Source: Bacteriovoracaceae bacterium (lineage in GTDB: Bacteria > Bdellovibrionota > Bacteriovoracia > Bacteriovoracales > Bacteriovoracaceae). From it: a DNA stretch of 64,000 bases. The notes under the pieces are model-generated. The model saw only the letters and a list, made by a program, of their open reading frames with translations. It was not told the origin of the DNA and made no database searches. Positions 19,804 to 29,037 of the stretch are shown in pieces. Made by a program: the position numbers and the translations under genes. Each line of letters begins with the position of its first letter. The first letter of the stretch is position 1. The stretch is from assembly GCA_048270185.1 (NCBI GenBank), contig JBLWTJ010000002.1, positions 480,001-544,000 on the forward strand, in the 5' to 3' direction.

Positions 19804-19860
19804 CTAAAACCTCTTTTGGGTTATATTAATACACATAAGTTAATATCAGTTTGGTAGAAA

Positions 19861-20958
19861 ATGGAAGATATAAAGTTTCGTACGGCAAAAATAAATGACA
19901 TTTCAACACTTGTTAAAATTGAACAGGAATGTTTTAGCTATGACCAACTGACTCAGGCAAACTTCAAGCACATAATCCAAAAGGCCAATGCCGACTTTTC
20001 TCTTATCCTCTATAGTGGAGAGATCGCAGGATATGGAATTCTATTCTACAGAAAAGGGACATCCCTTTGTCGTCTCTACTCTATTGCCATTTCTCCTAGG
20101 TTTAGAGGTAAAGGCCTTGGCGATAAGCTACTTACTCACCTAGAACATCTTGCAAAAGAAGGAGACTCAACTTACTTAAGACTTGAAGTAAAAGAAGAAA
20201 ACAAGGCTGGAATTGAGCTCTATCAAAAACATGGCTTCGTAAAATTCTTAGAAAAAGAAGACTATTATGAAGACCACTCTTTAGCGCTTTGTTTTGAAAA
20301 GAAAATTCAAAAGGCCGACCTTAAAACTAAGAAGGCAAAGGTTCCTTTTTACAAACAGACAACTGATTTTACCTGTGGTCCCTCTAGCCTCATGATGGCC
20401 ATGAAAGCTTTAAACCCAAAAAGAAAAAACACTCGAACTGAAGAGATTCAAATTTGGCGTGAAGCTACGACGATTTTTATGACTTCAGGTCATGGTGGAT
20501 GCGGCCCTCATGGCCTAGCTCTTGCCGCCCATAAGAGAGGATTCGCACCTAAACTATACCTTAATACAAAAGAATATCTCTTTGTTGAGGGTGTAAGGCA
20601 AAAGACGAAAAAAGAAATCATAAAGCTTGTACAAGACTCTTTTGTGAAAGAACTTAAAATGCATAATATCCCGATGTCACAAAAAAGAGTCGACTGGAAT
20701 GAGCTTGAGACTATCATTGAAAGTGGAGGTATTCCTCTCGTTCTCATCTCATCTTATCGACTGACAAATTCGAAGGTTCCTCACTGGGTCGTCATCACAG
20801 GAATATCTAAAGAGTTTATCTACTTTAATGACCCATACGTCGAAGAAAACGACACGGTCTTAACAAATACAGATATACCGGTTAGAAAAGATGAGTTTGA
20901 AGCCATGGCAAAGTATGGAAGCAAACAAATCAAATCATTTTTGGCGCTCTACCCGTAA
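19861..20958 (+). CDS. RimI-like GNAT acetyltransferase fused to C39-like peptidase (DUF3335)
   Basis: YSIAISPRFRGKGLG GNAT motif; QTTDFTCGP (Cys), PHWVV (His), NDP (Asp). Confidence 0.9.
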   Translation: MEDIKFRTAKINDISTLVKIEQECFSYDQLTQANFKHIIQKANADFSLILYSGEIAGYGILFYRKGTSLCRLYSIAISPRFRGKGLGDKLLTHLEHLAKEGDSTYLRLEVKEENKAGIELYQKHGFVKFLEKEDYYEDHSLALCFEKKIQKADLKTKKAKVPFYKQTTDFTCGPSSLMMAMKALNPKRKNTRTEEIQIWREATTIFMTSGHGGCGPHGLALAAHKRGFAPKLYLNTKEYLFVEGVRQKTKKEIIKLVQDSFVKELKMHNIPMSQKRVDWNELETIIESGGIPLVLISSYRLTNSKVPHWVVITGISKEFIYFNDPYVEENDTVLTNTDIPVRKDEFEAMAKYGSKQIKSFLALYP

Positions 20959-20980
20959 TAAAATATTCTATAAAAGTGCA

Positions 20981-22105
20981 CTATTTGAATTGCACGTCAA
21001 AATTATCATAGAAAAACTTAATATCGCTTTGTAGATGATCTAATTTTTCGTTCTTCAGAAGTAAATACCCATAATCTTGGCCAACACCTTCACGAGTTGT
21101 GAGGATATCACCTTTTTCAATCTTTAAAGAAAATTTATGAATACTGCTAAGGCCCTGAATTTCTTCAACACCTAATACATCTGTGACATTTCCTTGTCCC
21201 GGATGAATAACAATAGACGATGCATAATATTTTAGTTCATTGAACTTGATATTTTGATCACCTATCTCGATAGCGACAAAGACGTCCCAAAAGTTTTGAT
21301 GGTAGGCAAGCTTCATGGCATCCATGATATAGCCGCCAGGTGGCCTAAGAGCAACTTCACCAAATAAGATCTCTCCACTCTCTTGAATATAGTACTCTAA
21401 ATGGGTCATTCCCCACTTAAGTTTTAAGGCCTTAAGAACATTATTATTTAACTCGTGAATTTTCTCTTTTATCTCTTCGCTATAATTACCTGGAAGAATA
21501 TTACAAGCACCATTTTTGAAGTACTGAGTAATATTTGTAAAGAGCACTTCTCCATCTTTTACAAAGGATTCAATACTTCCTTCTGTACCTCTAATTGGTT
21601 TTTCAAAGTATGAAACCTTATCAAGATATAATTCCACTTCTTCAAGGGTATTAAGAAAGCTTACACCTCGCCCCCCTGAACTGAGCTTAACTTTATTCAC
21701 AATAGGTAAGCCTAGAGACCCGACTATTTCTTGGGCCGTTTTTCCTTTTGAAGACTTAAACTTTGTCATGGGAATTTGATGTTTTGAGAGATACTTCTTC
21801 ATCTCAAGCTTGTCAGTACAATGTGTGATGACACTATCTTTATTTCGATAGAGATCAAGCCAACGTCTAAGACGACTTGCGGGAACAACAGCAGCTTCTG
21901 TGGCAGCGATGACATGAGTAACATCAGAAAAGAGTTCTGCGTACTTCACAATACAATCTTTCTTTGTTGGAAATTTTCCTATTATGTTCTGAATACTTTG
22001 ACGCGAATTCTTTAATTCGCTCTCACTCCAGATGATATAGGGAATATTTCTGTTTTCCAGCGCCTTGGCAGCACCAATTCGAAAACCAATTAATAAGACA
22101 GTCAT
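20981..22105 (-). CDS. ATP-grasp enzyme (L-amino-acid ligase-like)
   Basis: DKLEMK, KVKLSSGGRGV, GMTHLEY, GEVALRPPGG. Confidence 0.82.
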   Translation of the reverse strand: MTVLLIGFRIGAAKALENRNIPYIIWSESELKNSRQSIQNIIGKFPTKKDCIVKYAELFSDVTHVIAATEAAVVPASRLRRWLDLYRNKDSVITHCTDKLEMKKYLSKHQIPMTKFKSSKGKTAQEIVGSLGLPIVNKVKLSSGGRGVSFLNTLEEVELYLDKVSYFEKPIRGTEGSIESFVKDGEVLFTNITQYFKNGACNILPGNYSEEIKEKIHELNNNVLKALKLKWGMTHLEYYIQESGEILFGEVALRPPGGYIMDAMKLAYHQNFWDVFVAIEIGDQNIKFNELKYYASSIVIHPGQGNVTDVLGVEEIQGLSSIHKFSLKIEKGDILTTREGVGQDYGYLLLKNEKLDHLQSDIKFFYDNFDVQFK

Positions 22106-22162
22106 AAGCTCTCACATTTAATTATACATAAATTTTAAGCTTACTTGTTTTGAAACGCCAAT

Positions 22163-22189
22163 AAAAAAGCCCTCTTTCGAGGGCCTTTT
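22163..22189 (-). terminator. Intrinsic terminator after the 702-aa gene
   Basis: AAAAAA-GCCCTC-TTTC-GAGGGC on + strand, i.e. hairpin plus U-tract on - strand. Confidence 0.8.
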
Positions 22190-22190
22190 C

Positions 22191-24299
22191 TTATCTTGTA
22201 ATTGTCGTCATATTTGAACAGTTATTCTTCTTATAAAATTTCTGAAGACCGACTGTTTTATCGCGGTTATTCATTATCTCAACCATAATTTGCCCTAGAC
22301 GGTCTGCACGGATTCCCTTTTGACCAAATTTATTATCAAGATAGTCCTGTGCTTCTTCAATTGACATTTTCTTCCCATAGAAATCAATTGTCTTTGCAAC
22401 GACTTCTGCTTCTTCTAAAGAATACTTCTTTCCTTCAACTTCAACTTCGCTCTTCCCTAATTCACGGTGAGATTTAATTTTCTTTAAGTAATTCTTTGCA
22501 CTAATAATTCTTCGTGCAAGTATTGCAGAATCATTATGCTGCTTAATCTTCTTACGATCTTTATTGTGATCAGGGCTCCCAAAGATATCATTATTAGTAG
22601 CTAAGAAATCGTAACCAAGTTCTGATAATTTTTGAGCATATACCCAAATTTGTCTTGTTGTTTCAACATCAACACATGCGTTTAGTAGTTTATCTTCTCC
22701 AAGTCTTTTTGATTCACCACTTTTAGTAATTTCATAATCTTTTTCTAAATCTTTATAGTGATCTTTAAAGTTCTTATTTTGCTCTTCTGAAAGTGATCTC
22801 ATTTTATCAACGAATTCACGACCATACTTACCGTAAACATGGTTTCTAACGATATCTAAAGATTTAATAATTTCTCTTAGATCGCCATCTTTCGAATCTT
22901 GAGAAGAGTATTCTTTTTTTGAAATAATCGCACCAAGCCTCTTATCAAGTTCTCCAACTTTTGCGTATGCATCAGTAATCTCTTTCTCACGCTTTTTAAG
23001 ATCCTCACTCTTTAGTAATTCTCTAAATTCTTTCACTGTGATTTCTTCTTCTCCTAATTTAATACGATAAGAATCATCAAAACTCTTGCGTGCACTCTCT
23101 CTTTTTGTTTGAATATTTATTAAAACACGATTAAATGAACTGGCCATATCAGCTAAGAAGTCTTTATTAAAGTCTTTAACACTTAGATTCATTAACTCCA
23201 TTGCATTATCAAGTTGTGATAATTTTTGCTTAAATAGCATATTAAGGAATCGATCAGCTCCTTGAGATTCAGAAATATAAGTATCAAGATACTTATCAAG
23301 AAGTGGCTTTGAGTATGTAAGCTCCCCTAGGATTTCAGCTTGCTGGTATGTTGCGGATTTACCAGGTAGATCAGTTAATGGAGTTTTCATTTTTTCATAA
23401 AGTGATGAAATTAGCTTTTCAACTTCAGCATCCACTTTCTTCACTTCTTCTTCTTTAATTTTATTAAACTCTGCTTCAACACTATCCTTTGCTTTCTTAA
23501 AAGTTTCGAATTCTTTCTTCACTTCAGAAAGAAGATGTGCTGAAATTTCTTTATCTGTGTAGTGGCGGTCAGTATCAATATCGAAAACCTCTAATGCCTT
23601 TACTTGATTTCTAACATCATAGTATGCGCAGTTAAGTTTAACGAATGTATTGATATCTTCTTCTGTATCGAATTCAAATCGATCACTAAAGATATTATTA
23701 ATAAATCGAAGCATTGATGCGACTGCAAGGCCACCATAAGCAACAGTTACACCAGATGGAGAATATAGACCAAATTGTGCAAAAGTTTGAATAATATCAG
23801 CAGATCTTTCTAAAAAAGGAGTTCTTTCTAAATTCGAACAACGATTATTTGAAAAGAGCGTGTTCATTCCATTCATCACTTGTGTTAATGGAACACCTTC
23901 GATTTTGATATCTTCAGTCGTTGGAACAATATCTGTTGTCTCCTTACCTTGTTCTTCTTTTAATTTATTAAGTTGGTCTTCAAGTTCATTTGAACTTGTA
24001 AGAATTTGATCAATTAGATTTTCATTACCATCAAAACAGTCGTCTTTAAAAACTGTCACTACGGCCTTAAGACTATTAAGTGTTTCTTCATAGCTTCTAG
24101 TATTATTAAGAGGACAAAATTCAGGCCTTGTTAGTGGTAGCTTATTTCTACCAACGATTTCCTTAATCTCTTTATCAAGTTGAGTATCAAGCTTGTTGTA
24201 CTTTAATGTTTTAACATAGTTACTAAAGTCCGAGGCGTGAACATTGATGGCCGAACTTAAAATTAATGCGCTCGTTAGAAATGGCATAACTCTCTTCAT
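22191..24299 (-). CDS. Large secreted alpha-helical hypothetical protein
   Basis: Signal peptide ending VHA; AGGAG RBS; coiled-coil rich with one Gly/Ala-rich hydrophobic stretch. Confidence 0.75.
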   Translation of the reverse strand: MKRVMPFLTSALILSSAINVHASDFSNYVKTLKYNKLDTQLDKEIKEIVGRNKLPLTRPEFCPLNNTRSYEETLNSLKAVVTVFKDDCFDGNENLIDQILTSSNELEDQLNKLKEEQGKETTDIVPTTEDIKIEGVPLTQVMNGMNTLFSNNRCSNLERTPFLERSADIIQTFAQFGLYSPSGVTVAYGGLAVASMLRFINNIFSDRFEFDTEEDINTFVKLNCAYYDVRNQVKALEVFDIDTDRHYTDKEISAHLLSEVKKEFETFKKAKDSVEAEFNKIKEEEVKKVDAEVEKLISSLYEKMKTPLTDLPGKSATYQQAEILGELTYSKPLLDKYLDTYISESQGADRFLNMLFKQKLSQLDNAMELMNLSVKDFNKDFLADMASSFNRVLINIQTKRESARKSFDDSYRIKLGEEEITVKEFRELLKSEDLKKREKEITDAYAKVGELDKRLGAIISKKEYSSQDSKDGDLREIIKSLDIVRNHVYGKYGREFVDKMRSLSEEQNKNFKDHYKDLEKDYEITKSGESKRLGEDKLLNACVDVETTRQIWVYAQKLSELGYDFLATNNDIFGSPDHNKDRKKIKQHNDSAILARRIISAKNYLKKIKSHRELGKSEVEVEGKKYSLEEAEVVAKTIDFYGKKMSIEEAQDYLDNKFGQKGIRADRLGQIMVEIMNNRDKTVGLQKFYKKNNCSNMTTITR

Positions 24300-24417
24300 T
24301 TAAATCTCCTAATAACTCGCTGTGCGTAGCGTTATGTTATCGATAAAATGAACAGATTTCAGCTAGATAAGGCCAATGTGAAAATTATATAGAATGTAAC
24401 AGTCTGAAATTAGGTTA

Positions 24418-24747
24418 TTATTTCTTAAAAATATCTAATTTTAATTCTAAAATCTCACCCATCCATAGAGTATTTTGAGTATGATCAAGAAGGTCATCCC
24501 CTGTATTAGCGTGAGTAAAAACTGTTAAATCTTGACGATTCTCCAGTAGCCAAGGAATCATTTCATTAAGCTTATCAGCATTGTAGAGCAACTGACAGCT
24601 CCAGCGAGGATGTGGACCTACTTCTTTCTGGTGAGCTCGGCCAATTTGGACAAATGACAACTCACGGGCCTTATCCAAGACAGTTAGGGCAAGATCATAA
24701 GTGCTTTCATCGTAATATAAATGTGAGTGATAATCTAAAACTTTCAT
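24418..24747 (-). CDS. DOPA 4,5-dioxygenase family protein
   Basis: YHSHLYY, VGPHP, H..TGDDLLDHT, WMG. Confidence 0.85.
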   Translation of the reverse strand: MKVLDYHSHLYYDESTYDLALTVLDKARELSFVQIGRAHQKEVGPHPRWSCQLLYNADKLNEMIPWLLENRQDLTVFTHANTGDDLLDHTQNTLWMGEILELKLDIFKK

Positions 24748-24853
24748 AGGCCTAATATCTTGGAAAAAGCTGCAATTTGCAAGTCTCTTTGCATGTATCA
24801 GTAACTCAGCCTACAATTAAATAAATTGATATCAATAAACATGAGGTAGCACG

Positions 24854-26266
24854 ATGAAATCTGAAGTAAGTATTCCCAAGCTTATTATTACAATTCTAGT
24901 AGGAATTGGTATTTGGAATATATCTATTCCACAGGGACTAGAACCGAAAGCTTGGCATCTCTTTGCAATTTTTATAAGTACGATCTTAGGAGTCATTTTA
25001 AAGGCCATGCCGATGGGCTCAATGTGTATGTTTGGTCTTACAGTGAGTTTATTTACCGGAACTCTAAATTTGAAGAAAGAAGCATTAACAGGTTTTTCCA
25101 ATAGCACGATTTGGCTAATCGTCATTGCTTTCTTTATTGCTCATGGTTTTGTCAAAACAGGTCTTGGTTCACGTATTGCTTATTTCTTTGTCTATACACT
25201 AGGAAAGAAAACACTTGGACTTTCATATGGCCTGGCCCTATCTGATTTAGTCCTTGCCCCGGCCACTCCCTCTAATACAGCAAGAGGTGGTGGAATTATC
25301 TATCCAATCATGAAGTCATTAGCATTGAGTTATGATTCAAAACCAAACGATCCATCAAGAAAGAAAATAGGTGAATTCCTAACTCTAACTTGCTTTCAGG
25401 CCTGTGTTGTTACTTCTGCAATGTTCTTAACTGCGATGGCCGCCAATCCTCTTATTGCGCAATTTGCAGCAGATAATGGAGTTAAAATAACTTGGGGGAG
25501 TTGGGCCTTAGCGGCAATTGTTCCAGGGATTGTCTCCCTCATTGTCGTTCCATATGTGATTTACAAACTATATAAACCAGAAATCACAGAAACTCCTGCT
25601 GCCAAGGAATTGGCCAGACAGAAACTAAAAGAGATGGGGCCAATTTCAAAGAAAGAATGGATCATGCTTGCTACATTCCTATTTCTTATCGTTTTTTGGA
25701 TTCTTGGAAGTACATTAAAAATTGCTTCAACGACAACGGCTTTTGGAGGACTTGTTATTTTACTGGTCACAGGAGTTCTCACTTGGGAGGATATAAAATC
25801 TGAAAAAGGTGCATGGGATACACTTATTTGGTTTGGTGTTCTCGTTATGATGGCCAACTATCTTAACAAATTTGGATTCGTTCCTTGGTTTAGCCAATAT
25901 GTTTCTAAAGAAGTAGCGACCTTATCATGGACCATGGCCTTCCCTGTTCTTCTAGGAATTTACTTCTATTCACACTATATTTTTGCATCGGCAACGGCTC
26001 ACGTAACGGCCATGGCCGCAGTATTTATGGCAGTAGGAATTAACGTTGGTGTTCCACCATATCTAATGGCCATCTCACTGGGATTCTTTTCAAATCTCTT
26101 TGGTTCACTAACACATTACGGAATGGGCCCTGCACCTGTTCTCTTTGGTTCAGGTTATGTTGAATTATCTGACTGGTGGAAAGTTGGATTTATCATTTCG
26201 ATCGTTAATATTCTTATTTGGATGATTGTCGGTGGAGCTTGGTGGAAGTTGCTTGGATTATTCTAA
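24854..26266 (+). CDS. DASS family divalent anion (di/tricarboxylate) transporter, CitT-like
   Basis: TGLGSRIAY, PSNTARGGG, FLTAMAANP, FASATAH, LTHYG; many TM helices. Confidence 0.92.
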   Translation: MKSEVSIPKLIITILVGIGIWNISIPQGLEPKAWHLFAIFISTILGVILKAMPMGSMCMFGLTVSLFTGTLNLKKEALTGFSNSTIWLIVIAFFIAHGFVKTGLGSRIAYFFVYTLGKKTLGLSYGLALSDLVLAPATPSNTARGGGIIYPIMKSLALSYDSKPNDPSRKKIGEFLTLTCFQACVVTSAMFLTAMAANPLIAQFAADNGVKITWGSWALAAIVPGIVSLIVVPYVIYKLYKPEITETPAAKELARQKLKEMGPISKKEWIMLATFLFLIVFWILGSTLKIASTTTAFGGLVILLVTGVLTWEDIKSEKGAWDTLIWFGVLVMMANYLNKFGFVPWFSQYVSKEVATLSWTMAFPVLLGIYFYSHYIFASATAHVTAMAAVFMAVGINVGVPPYLMAISLGFFSNLFGSLTHYGMGPAPVLFGSGYVELSDWWKVGFIISIVNILIWMIVGGAWWKLLGLF

Positions 26267-26269
26267 AAC

Positions 26270-26295
26270 AAAGGGAGCTCTGAGCTCCCCTTTTT
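26270..26295. terminator. Intrinsic terminator between convergent genes
   Basis: GGGAGCTC-T-GAGCTCCC followed by T-tract. Confidence 0.75.
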
Positions 26296-27196
26296 ATTTC
26301 ATTATAATTAATTTTGATTGGCTTTGATTAAAATGAAAAACTTGTCCTTCGCTAGAAATTTTCTCAATATGATCGTAGATCAATTGAGGGTCTGGAAAAT
26401 CAAACACTCTTAATTCCTCTTTTGGCTTAATACTCATATCTAAATCAGAAGAGATGAGACTCCAGATTCCTGCAGGACGAGAGTTCTCAGGATCTCCGAT
26501 AAGATCATCAGACAAGTAAACGCGTCTTTTATACATATTTGCATAAGTTGAAAGGCCAGCAAGCTCCAATAATGACTCAGCCATTGTCGCGCATCCTGCT
26601 CCTTCAAACTTTAAAGGGTCAGCACCAAAGCCATAAATATTTCCGGCTACTTTTGAGTTCTTTGTTTTTTCTGTATAAGTTTTCGCAAAATCGAGGGCCT
26701 TAGCGCAGTTAGCCTCTGTTACAGGAAAAGAAATTGCAGCAAAATGATCTTTAGAAATATAGTCATCGATCTTCTTATAAAACTCATCACGCTTATCAAG
26801 TTTTCCAGAAACAGTTAAAAGAGGTATGTCTTTATACAACGATGGATTATTAAGAATACTAAAGCCGTAGCCCCCTAAAATATATCGCTGGAAAGCTTGA
26901 AGGTCTTTCGCACTTTGACCAATGAAGAAATTCTTACGCTCTCCATCAATTGTACAATTTATTTCAGTTGTCACATGCCCAAGAATACTAGGAGTTAGTG
27001 GAAAGTAATACTTATTCTTAATAAGTGAAAAAAGTAAATCACGTGGTTTTTTCCACTGTAATTCATAAGTAGAAGGAACAACCTGAAGTGTAATAGTATT
27101 TGGAAGTTTCCTAAATGTTTCGTCAGCTAGTTCATTAAAAGTTTGAGTGTTAGCAAAAAGATTTAAGCTTAAAATTAGCGTTAAAATTAATTTCAT
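26294..27196 (-). CDS. Secreted hypothetical protein, possible permuted papain-like thiol hydrolase
   Basis: Signal peptide; LGHV ... GAGCA motif order. Confidence 0.6.
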   Translation of the reverse strand: MKLILTLILSLNLFANTQTFNELADETFRKLPNTITLQVVPSTYELQWKKPRDLLFSLIKNKYYFPLTPSILGHVTTEINCTIDGERKNFFIGQSAKDLQAFQRYILGGYGFSILNNPSLYKDIPLLTVSGKLDKRDEFYKKIDDYISKDHFAAISFPVTEANCAKALDFAKTYTEKTKNSKVAGNIYGFGADPLKFEGAGCATMAESLLELAGLSTYANMYKRRVYLSDDLIGDPENSRPAGIWSLISSDLDMSIKPKEELRVFDFPDPQLIYDHIEKISSEGQVFHFNQSQSKLIIMK

Positions 27197-27279
27197 TCGA
27201 ATTCCCTAATTTAATTTTATAGATCATCATATCCTATTTTCCTCATTATTTCACTATGGGCAAGCTACTGTAATCACAT

Positions 27280-27307
27280 AAAAAAAGGAGTGCATAATGC
27301 ACTCCTT
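27280..27307 (-). terminator. Terminator of chemotaxis operon
   Basis: A-tract + AAGGAGTGCA-TAA-TGCACTCCTT. Confidence 0.85.
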
Positions 27308-27333
27308 ATAATTCGTAAAATTGTAAATTTATT

Positions 27334-28992
27334 TTAGGCAGCTTTTGAAGTGCCACCTTTAGGTGTTGCAGCCAACTTGATAACTTTAGCAGCAGGCGCC
27401 GAGGCAGCCCCCTTATCTTCTTGAACAAGAGACTTGAGATTACCGATATCACTTCCAATATTCACAACTGATTGACTTAGTTCAGATGAAGCAGTTTTAA
27501 GATCATGTGCAGACTGACTTGTTAGGCCTGCTGAGCTTGAGATCTCTGCCATGGCCTTGTTAACTTCTTCAACACCAATAAGTTGCTCTTTTGAAGCAGA
27601 GGCTACTTCATCTGAGTTAGCAGCAACTTGATCGAAGTTATTCATAACTTGATTAAACACTTCCTGACACTGAGTACTGATCTCAACACTTTTATTAATT
27701 TTTTCTCTACTTAAACTAAGTGAATTATTAACATGAGTATTTGAATCTTCAACAATCTCAGTAACTCGCTTTAGACTTTCGACAAGAAGTTTTGAGATTT
27801 CATCAGCAGATTCACCAGACATTTTTGCTAAATTACCAACTTCTTCTGCAACAACAGAGAAGCCTTTTCCATTTTCCCCAGCTCTTGCAGCTTCGACAGA
27901 AGCATTAAAAGAAAGAAGCTTTGTTTGGAATACGATATCGTTAATAACTTGAGTTTTGGCATTGATCTCTTGAAATACCTGAATAATTTCATTTAGTTCA
28001 CCATTACTCTTTTCTACAGTATGAGCAAGTGTTGTTGTGCTATTATCAATTTCACCAACACCTTTAGCTAAATCAGAAAGGTAACGTACACCATCCCCAA
28101 CAAGCTCCTGACTCTTTCTAATTAAACTCGCAACATTATTTGATCCATCAGTATTACTCTTAATCATCTGAGAAATTTCATGTAAAGAACTTGAAGTCTG
28201 AGTTGCTGCAGCAGAAAGTTGTTCTGATACAGAACTTAGAGCTACTGACTTTTGTTTAAATGTATTAGATACGTTATCGAGATTTGTACCCTCATTAGAG
28301 ATTGATTCAACAACTTCATTAATACTTCCATCAATTCTCTTGGCCATAAAGACACAAATCCCAATTGAACCAAAAACACTGGCAATTGAAATAATCATCA
28401 TAAGAAAAATAGAATTATTATAAGTTGCATCAGCATCTTCAAACTCTTTCTTTCCCATATCAAGAATGAGCTCTTGAAGCTTATCTAATTCCGTTCTTGC
28501 ATTTTCAAACTTAGTATTGATTGAATTCATCGAATCTGAGATTAATCGTTCTTGAGAGACACCACTTGGAAAGGTACCGTCTTTATTAAGAGGGAATTCT
28601 TTATCACTTGTTACAGAAAATACTGACAAATTCTTTCTAAAAGCAGCGGCAATAGCAATTTCTTCTTTAGAATCACCAAGCTTAGCGTAATCTTCAAAAC
28701 GCTCTGTAACCTGACCTTTATTTTTAAAATAATCTTTGGCCAGTGCTGCCTTTTGTTTTGAATTGAGGCCTGCTAGTAAAAGAGATCTTTCAGCAACAAG
28801 CATCTGTTGGAAATCTCTATCGGCTTGAACAAGACTATTAATACTTGGAAGCCTCTTAGTAAAGACAGTGTATAGATGTGATTTAACGGAGCTTAGTGAG
28901 TTGTAACCAACGAATGCAATCACTAGTTGAATGATTAGCATGGTTGATGACAACGCGATTAATTGCTTTTTAATTGTCCATTTTGTTTTCAT
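27334..28992 (-). CDS. Methyl-accepting chemotaxis protein (4HB-type sensor)
   Basis: Two TM helices; [30 protein letters not shown]. Confidence 0.95.
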   Translation of the reverse strand: MKTKWTIKKQLIALSSTMLIIQLVIAFVGYNSLSSVKSHLYTVFTKRLPSINSLVQADRDFQQMLVAERSLLLAGLNSKQKAALAKDYFKNKGQVTERFEDYAKLGDSKEEIAIAAAFRKNLSVFSVTSDKEFPLNKDGTFPSGVSQERLISDSMNSINTKFENARTELDKLQELILDMGKKEFEDADATYNNSIFLMMIISIASVFGSIGICVFMAKRIDGSINEVVESISNEGTNLDNVSNTFKQKSVALSSVSEQLSAAATQTSSSLHEISQMIKSNTDGSNNVASLIRKSQELVGDGVRYLSDLAKGVGEIDNSTTTLAHTVEKSNGELNEIIQVFQEINAKTQVINDIVFQTKLLSFNASVEAARAGENGKGFSVVAEEVGNLAKMSGESADEISKLLVESLKRVTEIVEDSNTHVNNSLSLSREKINKSVEISTQCQEVFNQVMNNFDQVAANSDEVASASKEQLIGVEEVNKAMAEISSSAGLTSQSAHDLKTASSELSQSVVNIGSDIGNLKSLVQEDKGAASAPAAKVIKLAATPKGGTSKAA

Positions 28993-29037
28993 AATAATCC
29001 CTCTTTGACTTTTTAATCTCTCTTTAAAAAGTGAAAA

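Noticed and set aside
24336..24346. TTATCGATAA as a sigma28 -10 for the 702-aa gene
   Set aside because: No matching -35 at 15-16 nt spacing
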